Assembly (NCBI RefSeq): GCF_004010195.1
Contig: NC_057754.1
Span: forward strand, 5,662,278 to 5,699,125
Source: Chiloscyllium plagiosum
Lineage: Eukaryota
Length of the DNA stretch: 36,848 nt
Direction: 5' to 3'
The translations under genes were made by a program, and so were the position numbers. Positions 21,433 to 33,774 of the stretch are shown in pieces. The notes beneath the pieces were generated by a model, which saw only the letters and a program-made list of their open reading frames with translations, was not told where the DNA came from and did not search any database. Each line of letters starts with the position of its first letter. Position 1 is the first letter of the stretch.

Positions 21433-22560
21433 CTCAAACATACATTCACTCACACACACACTTACTTGTTCACTCATACATGCACACTCATTCTCACACA
21501 CTCTCAGTCACATTCAATAAACATGTACTCACTCTTACGCACCCTCGCTCAAACTCGTACACATAATTGCTTACAAACGCTCCTTCTCACTAAACACCCA
21601 CATATACTTGCTCACACAGACACACACACATACACTCACTCACTCTCACATACACACACTCGCGTACACACACTCACTCCCACACACATACACTCACTCC
21701 CACACACACACACANNNNNNNNNNNNNNNNNNNNNNNNNNNNNNNNNNNNNNNNNNNNNNNNNNNNNNNNNNNNNNNNNNNNNNNNNNNNNNNNNNNNNN
21801 NNNNNNNNNNNNNNNNNNNNNNNNNNNNNNNNNNNNNNNNNNNNNNNNNNNNNNNNNNNNNNNNNNNNNNNNNNNNNNNNNNNNNNNNNNNNNNNNNNNN
21901 NNNNNNNNNNNNNNNNNNNNNNNNNNNNNNNNNNNNNNNNNNNNNNNNNNNNNNNNNNNNNNNNNNNNNNNNNNNNNNNNNNNNNNNNNNNNNNNNNNNN
22001 NNNNNNNNNNNNNNNNNNNNNNNNNNNNNNNNNNNNNNNNNNNNNNNNNNNNNNNNNNNNNNNNNNNNNNNNNNNNNNNNNNNNNNNNNNNNNNNNNNNN
22101 NNNNNNNNNNNNNNNNNNNNNNNNNNNNNNNNNNNNNNNNNNNNNNNNNNNNNNNNNNNNNNNNNNNNNNNNNNNNNNNNNNNNNNNNNNNNNNNNNNNN
22201 NNNNNNNNNNNNNNNNNNNNNNNNNNNNNNNNNNNNNNNNNNNNNNNNNNNNNNNNNNNNNNNNNNNNNNNNNNNNNNNNNNNNNNNNNNNNNNNNNNNN
22301 NNNNNNNNNNNNNNNNNNNNNNNNNNNNNNNNNNNNNNNNNNNNNNNNNNNNNNNNNNNNNACACACACATTCATCCACACGCTCCCAAACACACACACT
22401 TTCTCTCTCACTCATACACACTCACGCACATTCATTCACACTCACACACACACTCTCACTTACACACACATGTACTCACACACATCCCCACTCCCACATG
22501 TACACCCACTCACATTAACTCCCTCCCTCACACACATACTTGCGCACAGAAATACGCACA
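21433..22560. repeat. (CA)-rich low-complexity tract, with a gap at 21715-22361
   Basis: Imperfect CA runs on both sides of the gap. Confidence 0.92.
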
Positions 22561-22601
22561 GGACCAAAGCCTGTCTGTTTGCCCACACAATGAGCCCTCA
22601 C

Positions 22602-22628
22602 CTTCACGCTAAGCACTGACCCCGAAAC
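22602..22628 (-). other. Candidate 27-nt exon (5'UTR, or coding VSGSVLSVK)
   Basis: ctacctcactattctctag|GTTTCGGGGTCAGTGCTTAGCGTGAAG|gtgagg; strong acceptor and donor; only frame 0 is open. Confidence 0.38.
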
Positions 22629-22828
22629 CTAGAGAATAGTGAGGTAGCCTGTTTGAACATCTCTGAGGGGGTGGGTGGTGGGGGAGCGAGTTCCCACATT
22701 TACTGCTGTCAGTGCTCTGGGCCAGAAAGCTCAGTTACCAAGGCCTTGAACGAAACAGAAAGGGGTGAAAGATTGCATTTACATAGCACCTCCCGCAACA
22801 CCTATCCTGCCAGTGAGTCACTTTGCAA

Positions 22829-23328
22829 NNNNNNNNNNNNNNNNNNNNNNNNNNNNNNNNNNNNNNNNNNNNNNNNNNNNNNNNNNNNNNNNNNNNNNNN
22901 NNNNNNNNNNNNNNNNNNNNNNNNNNNNNNNNNNNNNNNNNNNNNNNNNNNNNNNNNNNNNNNNNNNNNNNNNNNNNNNNNNNNNNNNNNNNNNNNNNNN
23001 NNNNNNNNNNNNNNNNNNNNNNNNNNNNNNNNNNNNNNNNNNNNNNNNNNNNNNNNNNNNNNNNNNNNNNNNNNNNNNNNNNNNNNNNNNNNNNNNNNNN
23101 NNNNNNNNNNNNNNNNNNNNNNNNNNNNNNNNNNNNNNNNNNNNNNNNNNNNNNNNNNNNNNNNNNNNNNNNNNNNNNNNNNNNNNNNNNNNNNNNNNNN
23201 NNNNNNNNNNNNNNNNNNNNNNNNNNNNNNNNNNNNNNNNNNNNNNNNNNNNNNNNNNNNNNNNNNNNNNNNNNNNNNNNNNNNNNNNNNNNNNNNNNNN
23301 NNNNNNNNNNNNNNNNNNNNNNNNNNNN
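22829..23328. other. 500-N scaffolding gap
   Basis: Exactly 500 N, whereas the other gaps have irregular sizes (219, 906, 263, 647, 634). Confidence 0.9.
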
Positions 23329-23329
23329 G

Positions 23330-24210
23330 TGAACAGGAGACCTGGCCTGGCACGGTCTGGAGACTGGGCCCAGTGCGATATGGATACTGCACTTAGTGCA
23401 GTCTAGAGACTGAGCCCTGTCTTTTCTGGAGATTGGGCCAGTGGCAATCTGGAGCCTGGGCCCGGTGCAGTCGGAAGCCTGGCCTGGTGCATGTTCAAAA
23501 CTCAGCCCAGTACGTTCTAGAGACAGAGTCAGGTGCAGTCTGAAGACAGGTTCTGATGCAGTCTAGGGAATAGGATCATTCCAGTCTGGAGACTGGGCTC
23601 AGGGTAGTCTGGAGACTGTCCCCTTTGGGGTCTGAAGACTCAACCAGGTGCTATCTGGAGTCTGGCCTGGGTGTATTCTGGAGGCAGGGTCTAGTGCCGC
23701 CGGGATACTGGGTCTGGTGCATTCAGGAGACTGGGCCTGGTATGGTCTGGAAAGTGGCCTTGGTGCGGTCTGGAGACTGGAATCGTCCAAGTCTGGAGGC
23801 TTAGCCTGCTGTGGTCTGGAGATTGGGCCACGTTCGGCCTGGAGACTGGGCACTGTGCAGTCGGGAGGATGGATTTGGTGTATTTCGGAGAATGGGCTCG
23901 GTGCAGTATGGAGACTGGATCTGGTGTGACTGTACATGAACACGGTCCGGTCTGGAGACTGGGCCTCGGGCTGACTGGAGACTGGTCCTAGTGCAGTCTG
24001 GAGCCTCCGAGCTGTTCGAGCTGGAGGCTGGGACCAATGAGGTCTGGGAACATGGCCTGGAGCAGTTCTGGAGACTTGGCCTTTTGTTGTCTGGAGACCT
24101 GGCCTGGCGCGGACTGGAGCCTGGGCCCGGAGTTATTTGAATACCCGGCCTGGTGCAGTCTGCAGATTGGGCCAGGTACAGTCTGGAGACTTGGCCTGGT
24201 GCAGTTATGG
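23330..24210 (+). repeat. Diverged 23-bp minisatellite, about 38 units
   Basis: Consensus TGGTGCAGTCTGGAGACTGGGCC. Confidence 0.92.
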
Positions 24211-24519
24211 AATATATGGAAGTTAATTTAGCTGTTATACAATTATCTTCGTGGTGCAATGTATGCACAGGATCATGTTACTGGACATCAGTAACAGATA
24301 ATGGAAGCACACTAGGATGGGCCAGCTAATGCTAAAGACACTGGAAGAGTAGTGTGAAACGGAGAAGTGAAACCAGCAGACCAGTGTGGCAGAAGATGAT
24401 TAGTCCAGAAAGATTAAGCAAGCTAGTAGTTGACTTCAAGTTGGCACCTGGCTTCACTAGTGTTCCAAACTAGCACTGCACCCCACCCCACCCTGAGGTG
24501 AGGTTAGGGCTGGAGAAGA

Positions 24520-27500
24520 TGTACAAAGACCTCAGTGGGTTTCTCTCTCAGTGTAGCACCATGTCATCTCCTCTGCCCTAAAACCTTTCAACCATGGACC
24601 GAAACATACTCCTTTCTCAGTGCCTGCCTACGGAACCAACGGATCACACAAGGACTCTGGACAAACTGCAGATCAACAAAATTTGCATTTGAACAAGCCA
24701 ACTAGTGAAGACTATAAATTCCAAACCTCCAGCAACGGCTCTCCTTCTGGATCCTCCGCTCCATACATGCAGCCATGCACTCGCACATAATCTCTCCATA
24801 GTCAACCATGCCTCAACTGAGGGACACACTCTCTCAGAACTGGAAAGGACGCCTGCTGGATTACATACTTAGAAGAATTCACGCAATTAACATAGACTTT
24901 TCTCCAACATATGAGACGACAAAAAGTGCAAGTACAACAAACCTTCATGTACCCACTAAATAAACAGCATTCCTCGAATATTCCAGAAGCTTCCCCTGGC
25001 CTCCAAAACTACTTGGCTGCCATCAGCCATGAGGCAATACCAACAATCATAACCATCATGATCGATGATGCATTTTTGGTTCCTGCAGCCCAACAGCCTA
25101 CAGCTCCGGCTGATCATTCTGTCTCTGTGACCACCGACCAGACAACAGTTGCTGCAAGTGCTGGCCAGAAATCCACAGCCATGACTGCTATGAGATCCGC
25201 TGTCTCTGAGACCAACGCAAGGCCCATTCGGAACAACATTTCCATCCCCTCTGTTGCCACGACCGCAGTCACTCCTGATCCCTGTGATATCACCAAGACT
25301 TCTGCCCCTTTGTGGCCACTACTGCTGCCACTTCTGTTGCCAACAACATCACCTACACTGCACATTTCGCCACACCACCCTCTACATAATCATTTACGCT
25401 ACGTGTTCCGCCCATTCTGCCCCACAGCTGTCAGTGCAGCAAGCACTTCCACTCCACAATGACGCCACTCACATGAACATCGCTGACACGCCCACAATGG
25501 ATCCCACAGTCACCACCTCCACCCCGGAAGCCTGGGATGAGCATCATTTCAATAAATGGCGTCACCGCAGTCCCTCCATGTTGCTGCCAACTCCAGTTAC
25601 AATCTCCACCCGCACTTCCAGATCCAGCCCTCAGCCAGTTCCTAGATCCCAGCCCTGCCGAGTTTTGACTATCCTTTCAGACATCCTGCTCACGGAACAT
25701 GAACGATCAGTCCTCAGCAAAGGCCTTACCTTCATCCCGTTCCGCTCCTGTGTAGAAAATTCAACATGTGCTGTGACATCGAACACTACATCCGCCGCCT
25801 CTGCTTCTGAGCTTATGTTCTCCATCAAGACTTCTGTACACCTTCTGCGGACCTCTTCGCCCACCTCCAACACATCGCATCCAGCTGCACACCCCGTGCC
25901 AGTCGTTTACACTCCCTCGAACTCTTAATTCCACCTGCAGCTGGGCATTGACCATCTCAACCTGTCCAACCCTCTCAGCAACTTCAACCTCTCACCCTCA
26001 CAACATACAGCACTCCACTCCCTCTGGTCCCACCCCAACCTCACCACAAAAGCTGCGGACATGCGGGGTGCAGTGGTAGTTTGGCGCACTGACTTCTGCA
26101 CCACTGAAGCCAAGCGCCAACTTGAAGAGACTTCGACCAACTACCACTTCGACCATGACCTGACCTCCCAACACCGAACCATCATCTCAGAGGATCTCCC
26201 ACTCTCAGCTTTCAAACTCATAGTTCAGCAACACCACAACACCTGGTTCTAACTCCTTCCTAAGATCTACAAGACTAAGGACACCAGGTCACAGCCTGTT
26301 TCTAACCAACCAAATTCATTTCCACGTACTTCGACAAAGTCTTATGCATTCTGTTCCATTAACATCCCACAAACATTCGGGAAATCACTGACGCATGCCA
26401 ACTCCTCCAAGACTTCCATTTCCCTGGGACACAATGTCTCATGTTCACGGTGGACACCCAATCACTATACACGTCTATCTGCCACGATCAAAGCCTCCAA
26501 GCCCTCTGTTTCTTCCTCACCCGACGTCCCCACCAGTACCCTTCCACTGACATTATAAACGATTTTGCTGAACTGGTCCTCATCCTCAACATTTTTTCCA
26601 TTGAATCCTCTCACTTCCTCTCGATGAAAGTGGTACCCATAGGCACCCTCATGTTGCCCAGCTATGCCTACATCTTTATCGGTTTCGCGGAATAGTCTAC
26701 CTTCCACAGTTATACTGTCACCACTCCCCACCTTTTCCTCTGCAAAATTGATGACTGCATCGACGCCACGCGCAGGTTGAGCAGTTCATCAACTTCACTA
26801 ATTCATTCTCCCCCAACCTTCAATTCAACTGGGCCATCTCAGACACATCCCTCCACTTTCCGGACCTCTCCATCTCTATCAACAGTGACTTACTTAACAT
26901 TGACATTTTCTACAAACACGCTGACTCCGACAGCTAACTCACTACACCACCACCCACCCTGCCTCCTGCAAAAATGCTAGCCGGTATTCCCAATTCCTCC
27001 ATCTCTGCAACATGTGTTCCCAGGACGAGCAGTTCCATCACAGAATATACCAGAAGGCCTCATTCATTCAAGACCGCAATTTCCATCCCCACATATTTGA
27101 TTATGCTCTCCAAAGCACCACATCCATATCTCTCTCTACCGTCCTCAAACCCAACCCTTCCAAGTGCAACAAGGACAGAACACACACACCCCACCCCGAT
27201 CCTCAACTTCCATCTCTCAACCTCCATAAACNNNNNNNNNNNNNNNNNNNNNNNNNNNNNNNNNNNNNNNNNNNNNNNNNNNNNNNNNNNNNNNNNNNNN
27301 NNNNNNNNNNNNNNNNNNNNNNNNNNNNNNNNNNNNNNNNNNNNNNNNNNNNNNNNNNNNNNNNNNNNNNNNNNNNNNNNNNNNNNNNNNNNNNNNNNNN
27401 NNNNNNNNNNNNNNNNNNNNNNNNNNNNNNNNNNNNNNNNNNNNNNNNNNNNNNNNNNNNNNNNNNNNNNNNNNNNNNNNNNNNNNNNNNNNNNNNNNNN

Positions 27501-27920
27501 NNNNNNNNNNNNNNNNNNNNNNNNNNNNNNNNNNNNNNNNNNNNNNNNNNNNNNNNNNNNNNNNNNNNNNNNNNNNNNNNNNNNNNNNNNNNNNNNNNNN
27601 NNNNNNNNNNNNNNNNNNNNNNNNNNNNNNNNNNNNNNNNNNNNNNNNNNNNNNNNNNNNNNNNNNNNNNNNNNNNNNNNNNNNNNNNNNNNNNNNNNNN
27701 NNNNNNNNNNNNNNNNNNNNNNNNNNNNNNNNNNNNNNNNNNNNNNNNNNNNNNNNNNNNNNNNNNNNNNNNNNNNNNNNNNNNNNNNNNNNNNNNNNNN
27801 NNNNNNNNNNNNNNNNNNNNNNNNNNNNNNNNNNNNNNNNNNNNNNNNNNNNNNNNNNNNNNNNNATGTTGATTTTCCTGTTACTCGGATGCTGCCTGAC
27901 CTGCTGTGCTTTTCCACCTA
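24520..27920 (+). mobile_element. Decayed near-full-length Penelope-like retroelement (family B); RT pseudogene with the endonuclease region probably in the gap
   Basis: Frameshifted motifs LTEHERSVLSKGLTFIP, TKAADMRGAVVVW (KPADKGG), FTVDTQSLYTSICHD, KVVPIGTLMLPSYAYIFIG (GvaMG..PS.A) and LCKIDDCI (YIDD). The terminal repeat GATTTTCCTGTTACTCGGATGCTGCCTGACCTGCTGTGC follows the gap. Confidence 0.9.
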
Positions 27921-27959
27921 GTTTTCTACCCAATTCAAAAAAAAATGCTGTTGATCCAG

Positions 27960-28560
27960 TTCTACATCATTCTCCTGATCTCTCCTATACATTTAATCTC
28001 TAGAAATCCTTATTTCTTTTCAGTGTATTGTGTTCCACAGCCTTATGTGGGAGAGACATTACCAGCTTCACCAGTCTCTGTTTGCAGATACTTAGTCTCA
28101 CCTCAATGTTGAGTGGCCGGCCTGTATTTAATACTGTGGTTTCCGACATCCCAGTCCAGGGAATTATCATTCCTGCTTCCAATCTGTCTCGTCCTGACAG
28201 AGTTTTATATGTTTCACTGAGACCCCCACCCATTTTCGTCAACCCCAAGGAATACAGTTCCATTCGACCCAAACTCTGCTCCCACAACAAGCCTGTCATT
28301 CGAGAGATCTGTCTGGTTGTCCTTCGCTGCACTCCCTCAATATCATGATTGTCCTTTATTGGTTTAGCAGGCCCAAACTGCACCAGCTCTGCGCAATTTT
28401 CAGATAAGGTCTCACCAAGGCTCCGTACAGATGCAGTAAGACATCCTTAGTCCTGGATTCAAAACCATTTGAAATGAAGATCAACACCCCATTTCTCTTC
28501 CTAACTGCTTTCTGGCCCTGCCATTTTGTTTTCTGAGACTCGTGTACAGGGAGATCCAGA
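27960..28560 (-). mobile_element. Old CR1 LINE 3' region
   Basis: Translates KDVLLHLYGALVRPYL and IEGVQRRTTRQISRMTGL...LSETYKTLSGRDR. Confidence 0.88.
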
Positions 28561-28878
28561 TCATTTTCACTGTTACTTCTTGAGTCTGTGTACACTGGTC
28601 AGTGTGTTATTGCTATTCCCTACATTGACTTTTAGCTTCAGAACATGGATCTCGGAGTTCTGCACAGAAGGATTCAAAAAAGCATTGCTAGTGCATTCAT
28701 TCAGCAAGATTTCCTACATAGTCCCTTTTTAAAATGGTAGGTTGCCATCATTTTTCCTCCCACCAAAGCACTCAAACACCACAACTACCCACTTTGTTGT
28801 CATCTGCTCCTCATATTCTCTTCATTGCTCTTCATCTTCATTTGTCTATTCACTCCAATTGTCTCAATCTCCTTTGAA

Positions 28879-28945
28879 TGTGTGTGTGTGTCTGTGTATG
28901 TATGTGTGTGTGTGTGTGTATATGTGTGTATGTATACGTATGCAT
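28879..28945. repeat. (TG/TA)n microsatellite
   Basis: Directly visible. Confidence 0.9.
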
Positions 28946-28969
28946 GTACATGGGAGCCTGTGATCTTGC

Positions 28970-29265
28970 AGGAACTCGATTAACAAACACATCATTTTGA
29001 ACTCCATCTGCCACCCTCTGAGAAAAAGAAAAGAAAATGACACCGCAAACGCACGAAGTGACATCAAGACGAGGAAATGACATCACCAACCCAAGGCAAC
29101 CTGAACTCATAAATGGTTGGAGGGACATAACACCAGCTCTTCACCGGAGGCTCACTGATGATATAACCTAGAATGGTGATGAAACGTCTGAAAATGAACC
29201 TTCCTGGTGAGCGAGCAAACTTATATCCAGAACCTCAACCTGAGCTCCAAATCTTCTCACAACTA
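28970..29265 (+). mobile_element. PLE family-D 3' terminal fragment
   Basis: Carries the hammerhead at 29152-29191. The family assignment is inferred from that motif and from recall of a common shark repeat. Confidence 0.65.
29152..29191 (+). ncRNA. Minimal type I hammerhead ribozyme motif with a complete core
   Basis: UCA-CUGAUGA-U-AUAACC-UAGAAU-GGUGAU-GAAAC-GUC-UGA. Stem I is UCA/UGA, stem II pairs at 5 of 6 positions, and palindromic ACGU replaces stem III. Confidence 0.75.
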
Positions 29266-29409
29266 TATAAGATAAATTGTTTAGGTAAATTCCAACTGTT
29301 GTGAAAACATAGCGGCCAAGCTGAGGTAGTTGTTTCACAGGCAAATGTTGCATTCGTTCACGTTTCCTGTACACCTTTTTTCCTGCTCGGTGCTTGCTAG
29401 CGTTCACTC

Positions 29410-29785
29410 TCCGCTTCTTAACAAATGTGTACTATCGCCAAATGCATTGCAGAAATTCACCAAAGCTCATTAGCTAGCACTTTCCAAACAAACGACCTCT
29501 TCCATCCAGAAGGACAAGGGCAGCAGGAACTTGGGAAAACCACGAGTTGCAAGTTCCCCTCCAAGCGACTGACCACCCTGAGTTGGAAATAAACCGCCGT
29601 TCCTTCATCGTAGCTGGGTCAAAATCCTGGAATTCCCTACCTACCAGCATTGTGGATCAATCCACAGTAAGAGGAATGCAGCGATTCAAGAAAGCAGCTC
29701 ATAACCGCCTTTTCAATGGCAAATAGGGATGGGCTATTAATGCTGGACAGCCAGCGACGCTCGTTTCCCACAAATGAAAAGAAAA
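29410..29785 (+). mobile_element. LINE 3' end, same family as 17190-17820
   Basis: GGGTCAAAATCCTGGAATTCCCT...GGGATGGGCTATTAATGCTGG...CCAGCGACGC. Confidence 0.78.
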
Positions 29786-32389
29786 ATCGAATAGCTTCCT
29801 CCGGTTACTGAACACACGATAGGCTGAGACGGACAAACACAGGCGTTCAGTGGGCATGCACAGACAAACCTTCAAAGGCATGAGTCAAAACTCCTGAGAC
29901 ATCCATGTCCAACATGGAAAACGTCACGGGACACACGGGAGGTGAACAACAGCAAGACACACACAATTTCATGGTTTCTGAGCTTCACAATGCTAGCATT
30001 CAATCCATTATGGAGCAAAACTTCGAGGCCAAGGAAACGTAAAGAGAAACGGAAATATTCATATGTAAGCTAGAAATATACAATTACATAACTGGCAACA
30101 TGATGTGGCAATATGGGGCGATAGAGAAGAGTGCGACGAACTGGAGGAGTTACACCCTCAAAAAGCACGAATAAGAACGTTGAGTAAATGCATTTTCAGA
30201 ATAGCTGAAATGGTTTGTTGCATTCAATTCTGAATCTCCACCACAAAACCAGCCCAGACCCTATAAATTGGGATAATGTCACAGCCCAGCATGGAGAACT
30301 GTGCAAATTATGGCCGTCTATTGCTCAATAAACTTAACGATCTGCCCAGCATGGGGAGTCAGTGGATATCTGCCGAGCGTGGGAAGAATTGCAGCGACAT
30401 TGCGAGTGACAGTAAATGAGGCTGGGACAAATTAATATCTCTGCATCTGCATGCGTCAGCTCAAAGGAAGGGGTTTTGCGTGTGAGTGTGTGTGTCTGTG
30501 TGTGTGTCTGCGCGCGCGCGACGATTGATGTGAAGGCCATTGTTTGACAGATAATACACATGGAGGAACTTAGGTTACATCTGAACAATTGGCAGAAGTT
30601 TGGATAATTGACAGCAAGAGACCGAGGGATGGTTCATTTACAGATGTATGGCTTTCTTGAGAATATGAAAATAAGGGCACTGCCAGACCCAATTGCAACA
30701 TAAATCAATCCTCACAGGAATGATGGATGGAATGGATTTTGGTGTAAATTCGGATTGGAGCCATGGAGTATCGACTCATAGTGGCTTCTGCTGGTTTGAA
30801 GCTGGGAGTGTTAGCAGCAGATTATTGCTATCATTAAGAAGGTATTTCATAGCCCAAGGTTCACATAGCAGATGGGATGAGCCAGTGATGTATAATCAGT
30901 AACTGTTAGTAGTTAAAATCAGGACTGGTCAAAATATGTGTCGTGTATCAGTTCATGGACAAAGGGATCATCACAGTTGCAACTCGTCTATTTCAGTCTA
31001 AGAGTTTTGGCCCGGGATGGGATGGAATAGAGAAAGGAAATAGGACTAGTAACCAGAACAGAAGATGGTGGACCCCTTGATCTTACGACGTAAATAACAA
31101 GAGCATTTGGCACAATGAATTTTGTTTCACAGCTGAAACTGAGAGTGAACTTAAAGATCCACGAGGGACACTGCCAGAAGCAAAGAGCAAAAGAGTGAAT
31201 GCACACATCCATGATGCAGTAAGGGACGGCTTGGAGAGGGAATATCTGGAATCAGAGTCACAGCAATAACAACAAAAATAAGCAGAGAAGAATCAATGAA
31301 ATGAAGAGTATTACCGTCAAACACGGTTTACAGAATTAATGACTGAACAGCGAGACTTACCAGGGGCACCAACGATAGCCAGAATTGGATAATAGAAACA
31401 CCAAATAATGTAAAGTGCATATTCAATTCGACATGTTAGTGACCATTTATCATAACATCTAGAAAGTCACCAAATATCCTTGTATAAACCTCTGCCCATT
31501 TTTGGAAAATTCCAGGCTAATGTTCTCAGGTTCTGATCCATCATTGGAACATTGCAATTGAATGTTCTCAGAATCTGATCTCTCCTCCCCTCTCTCTGGA
31601 GATGCTGCTCCCTGTAACTGCTGTTGGTGATGCTCCCGGTCATAGTATGGGATAATCCATTGAATGGAGCCTATTTATGATTAAAAGCTAGAAACCCACC
31701 ACTGGGATAATTAGAATCCGTGGAGACTGTCCTTAATCACAGTCACTGAACAAACAGGTTCAGTTAAACTCTTCCTTACATCACTTTTTTTATCCCAATA
31801 GAAAGGAACATTTACTAAATCCACATGGATTGAATGGGTGTTTCTGACGGATGGACCATATATCTTTCAATCCTTTAAATCTTTATCCCCTGCTTGTTTG
31901 AGTAGTGTCATAACACTGCAGGTTGCATATATTCCATGCTGTTTGTAAAAGGAGACAGGGATAAAATAACAGACCAGCTGCATCAGATGACTGAGGGGAA
32001 ATTTCGAGGCACCATAATCCAGGCTACAAGATTGATTGCCCACTGACTTTGTGTAATGCTGCTCCTGGTTTTAACTGCCCTTTTATTAAGTCGTTCCATT
32101 ACCTTAGGAAATCATTCAGAGTCTCGAGACTGATGCTCAGGAACATGAGCAAGCAATTCTTTCCTCTTGTGTCTGTTACAGAGAGACATGAAAAGGCCAT
32201 TGGCCTCTCAAAGAGGTTACACTGAGAAAGGAGGAGGCCAATTAGCCACATAGTGCCTACCACAGAAGGACAGGAGGAGGATATTCAGCCGTTTGAGCCT
32301 GTTACACAGGGACAGGTGGGGGTTATTATGTTTCTTGTGCCTGTGGTGCAGTAATTGTTAGTTTTAAGATATCTATGCTGAAGAAGAGT

Positions 32390-33750
32390 CCAGATGGAGT
32401 TGCTGACGTTCTAAATTGAGTCAGGCCAATTTTGAACATTTCAGCCAAGGACTTTGAAAAGTTACTTGGGACAAGCTCGGGAAAGTGGGAGGCCTTCACA
32501 AATGAGATCGGAGTTTACCGATACTATGCTCCTGTTTATAAGGAGATAAAAGCTGGTAGTGTAGGGAATGCTCGATGGCGAGCAAAATTGAGGCTGTGGT
32601 TAATTAAGGAAAGGAAGCATATCTTTGGTCTGGACAGCAGGGAACAGAATCTATCAAGGAGTACAAGGGCAGTAGGTTATTACTCAAGAGAGAAATCAGG
32701 GTGGGAAAATGCAGTTATGAGCTATTTTGACAAATAGGGCAATGGAGAATCCAAAGAGATTCTACAAATACATTAAGGTCAAATGAGTAACCAGGGCAGG
32801 AACAAGGCTTGTTCAGCAGGTGACGGTGAGAAACTAAGGGAATATTTTGCATCAATATTTACTGTGAAGAAGAACACGGAAGAGGGAGAACTTGCAAAAT
32901 AAATAGTGACATCTTGAAGACTGACTATATTCTAGAAGAGGAGATGCTGGATGTTTTAAAATGCATAGAGAGGGATAAATCCCCAGGAATTGATCAGGGT
33001 GCACTCAAGAATTATCAAAGCTAGGACATTGACTGTTTGGCTGAGGTGCTGGAAGATTGGAGGATGGCTAACGTTGAGTCATGTGTTAAGAAAGGTGATA
33101 AGGAAAACTCAGATATCTATATACTGGTGAGCCTGACTTTGATGGTGTGTAAGTTGTTCGAGGAGATAATAAGGGATAGGATTTTTGTGTGTTTGGAAAA
33201 GTCGGGACTGATTGGAAATCATTAAAATGGCTTTGGGCATGGGAAATCGAGTCTCACGAACTTGAATAGTTTTTTTTTCTCAAGAAGTGATGGAGACGAT
33301 TGACCAGGCAAAGCAGTGGAGTTTGACCACATGCACTTCGGTAAGGTGTACTATAAGATTCCTCATGGTAAACTGGTTAGCAATTTCGATCACATGGAAT
33401 CCAGAGAGCTGGAGGTAATTGACCAGAAGATAAGTGATAGAGGTGGTGGTGGATGAATTTTTATGGACTGCAAGCTTATGCCCAGCAGTGTTCCGCAAGA
33501 TTCCAATGGATTTTGTCATTTATATTAATGATTTTGATGTGAATACCATAGGAATGATTGGTGAATTTGCAGATAACACTGAAATTGATGGTGTCGTGGA
33601 TATTGATGGTTACCTCGGCGTCCAACAGGACCTTGATCAGATTGGCGGAGGTTGGACAGATCGACTTTATTTTTGACAAACGGAATTTGTAGCATTTCGG
33701 CAAGTCAAATCAGGGCAGCACTTCACATGTAGGGACCGCAGAAGTGTTGC
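32390..33750 (+). mobile_element. Decayed CR1 ORF2 (RT domain)
   Basis: Translates EDWRMANV...KKGDKEN...VSLTLMVCKLFEEIIRDRI and FVIYINDFD...GMIGEFADNTEI (FADD motif). Confidence 0.9.
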
Positions 33751-33774
33751 CAAACAAAGGCATGTTATTAGAAA

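Noticed and set aside
19948..22612. His/Thr-rich ORFs of 158-447 aa
   Set aside because: They are translations of (CA)n low-complexity DNA and N gaps.
23330..24210. Palindromic 23-bp repeats as a CRISPR array or a repetitive protein
   Set aside because: There are no spacers, the period is not a multiple of 3, and all frames are interrupted.
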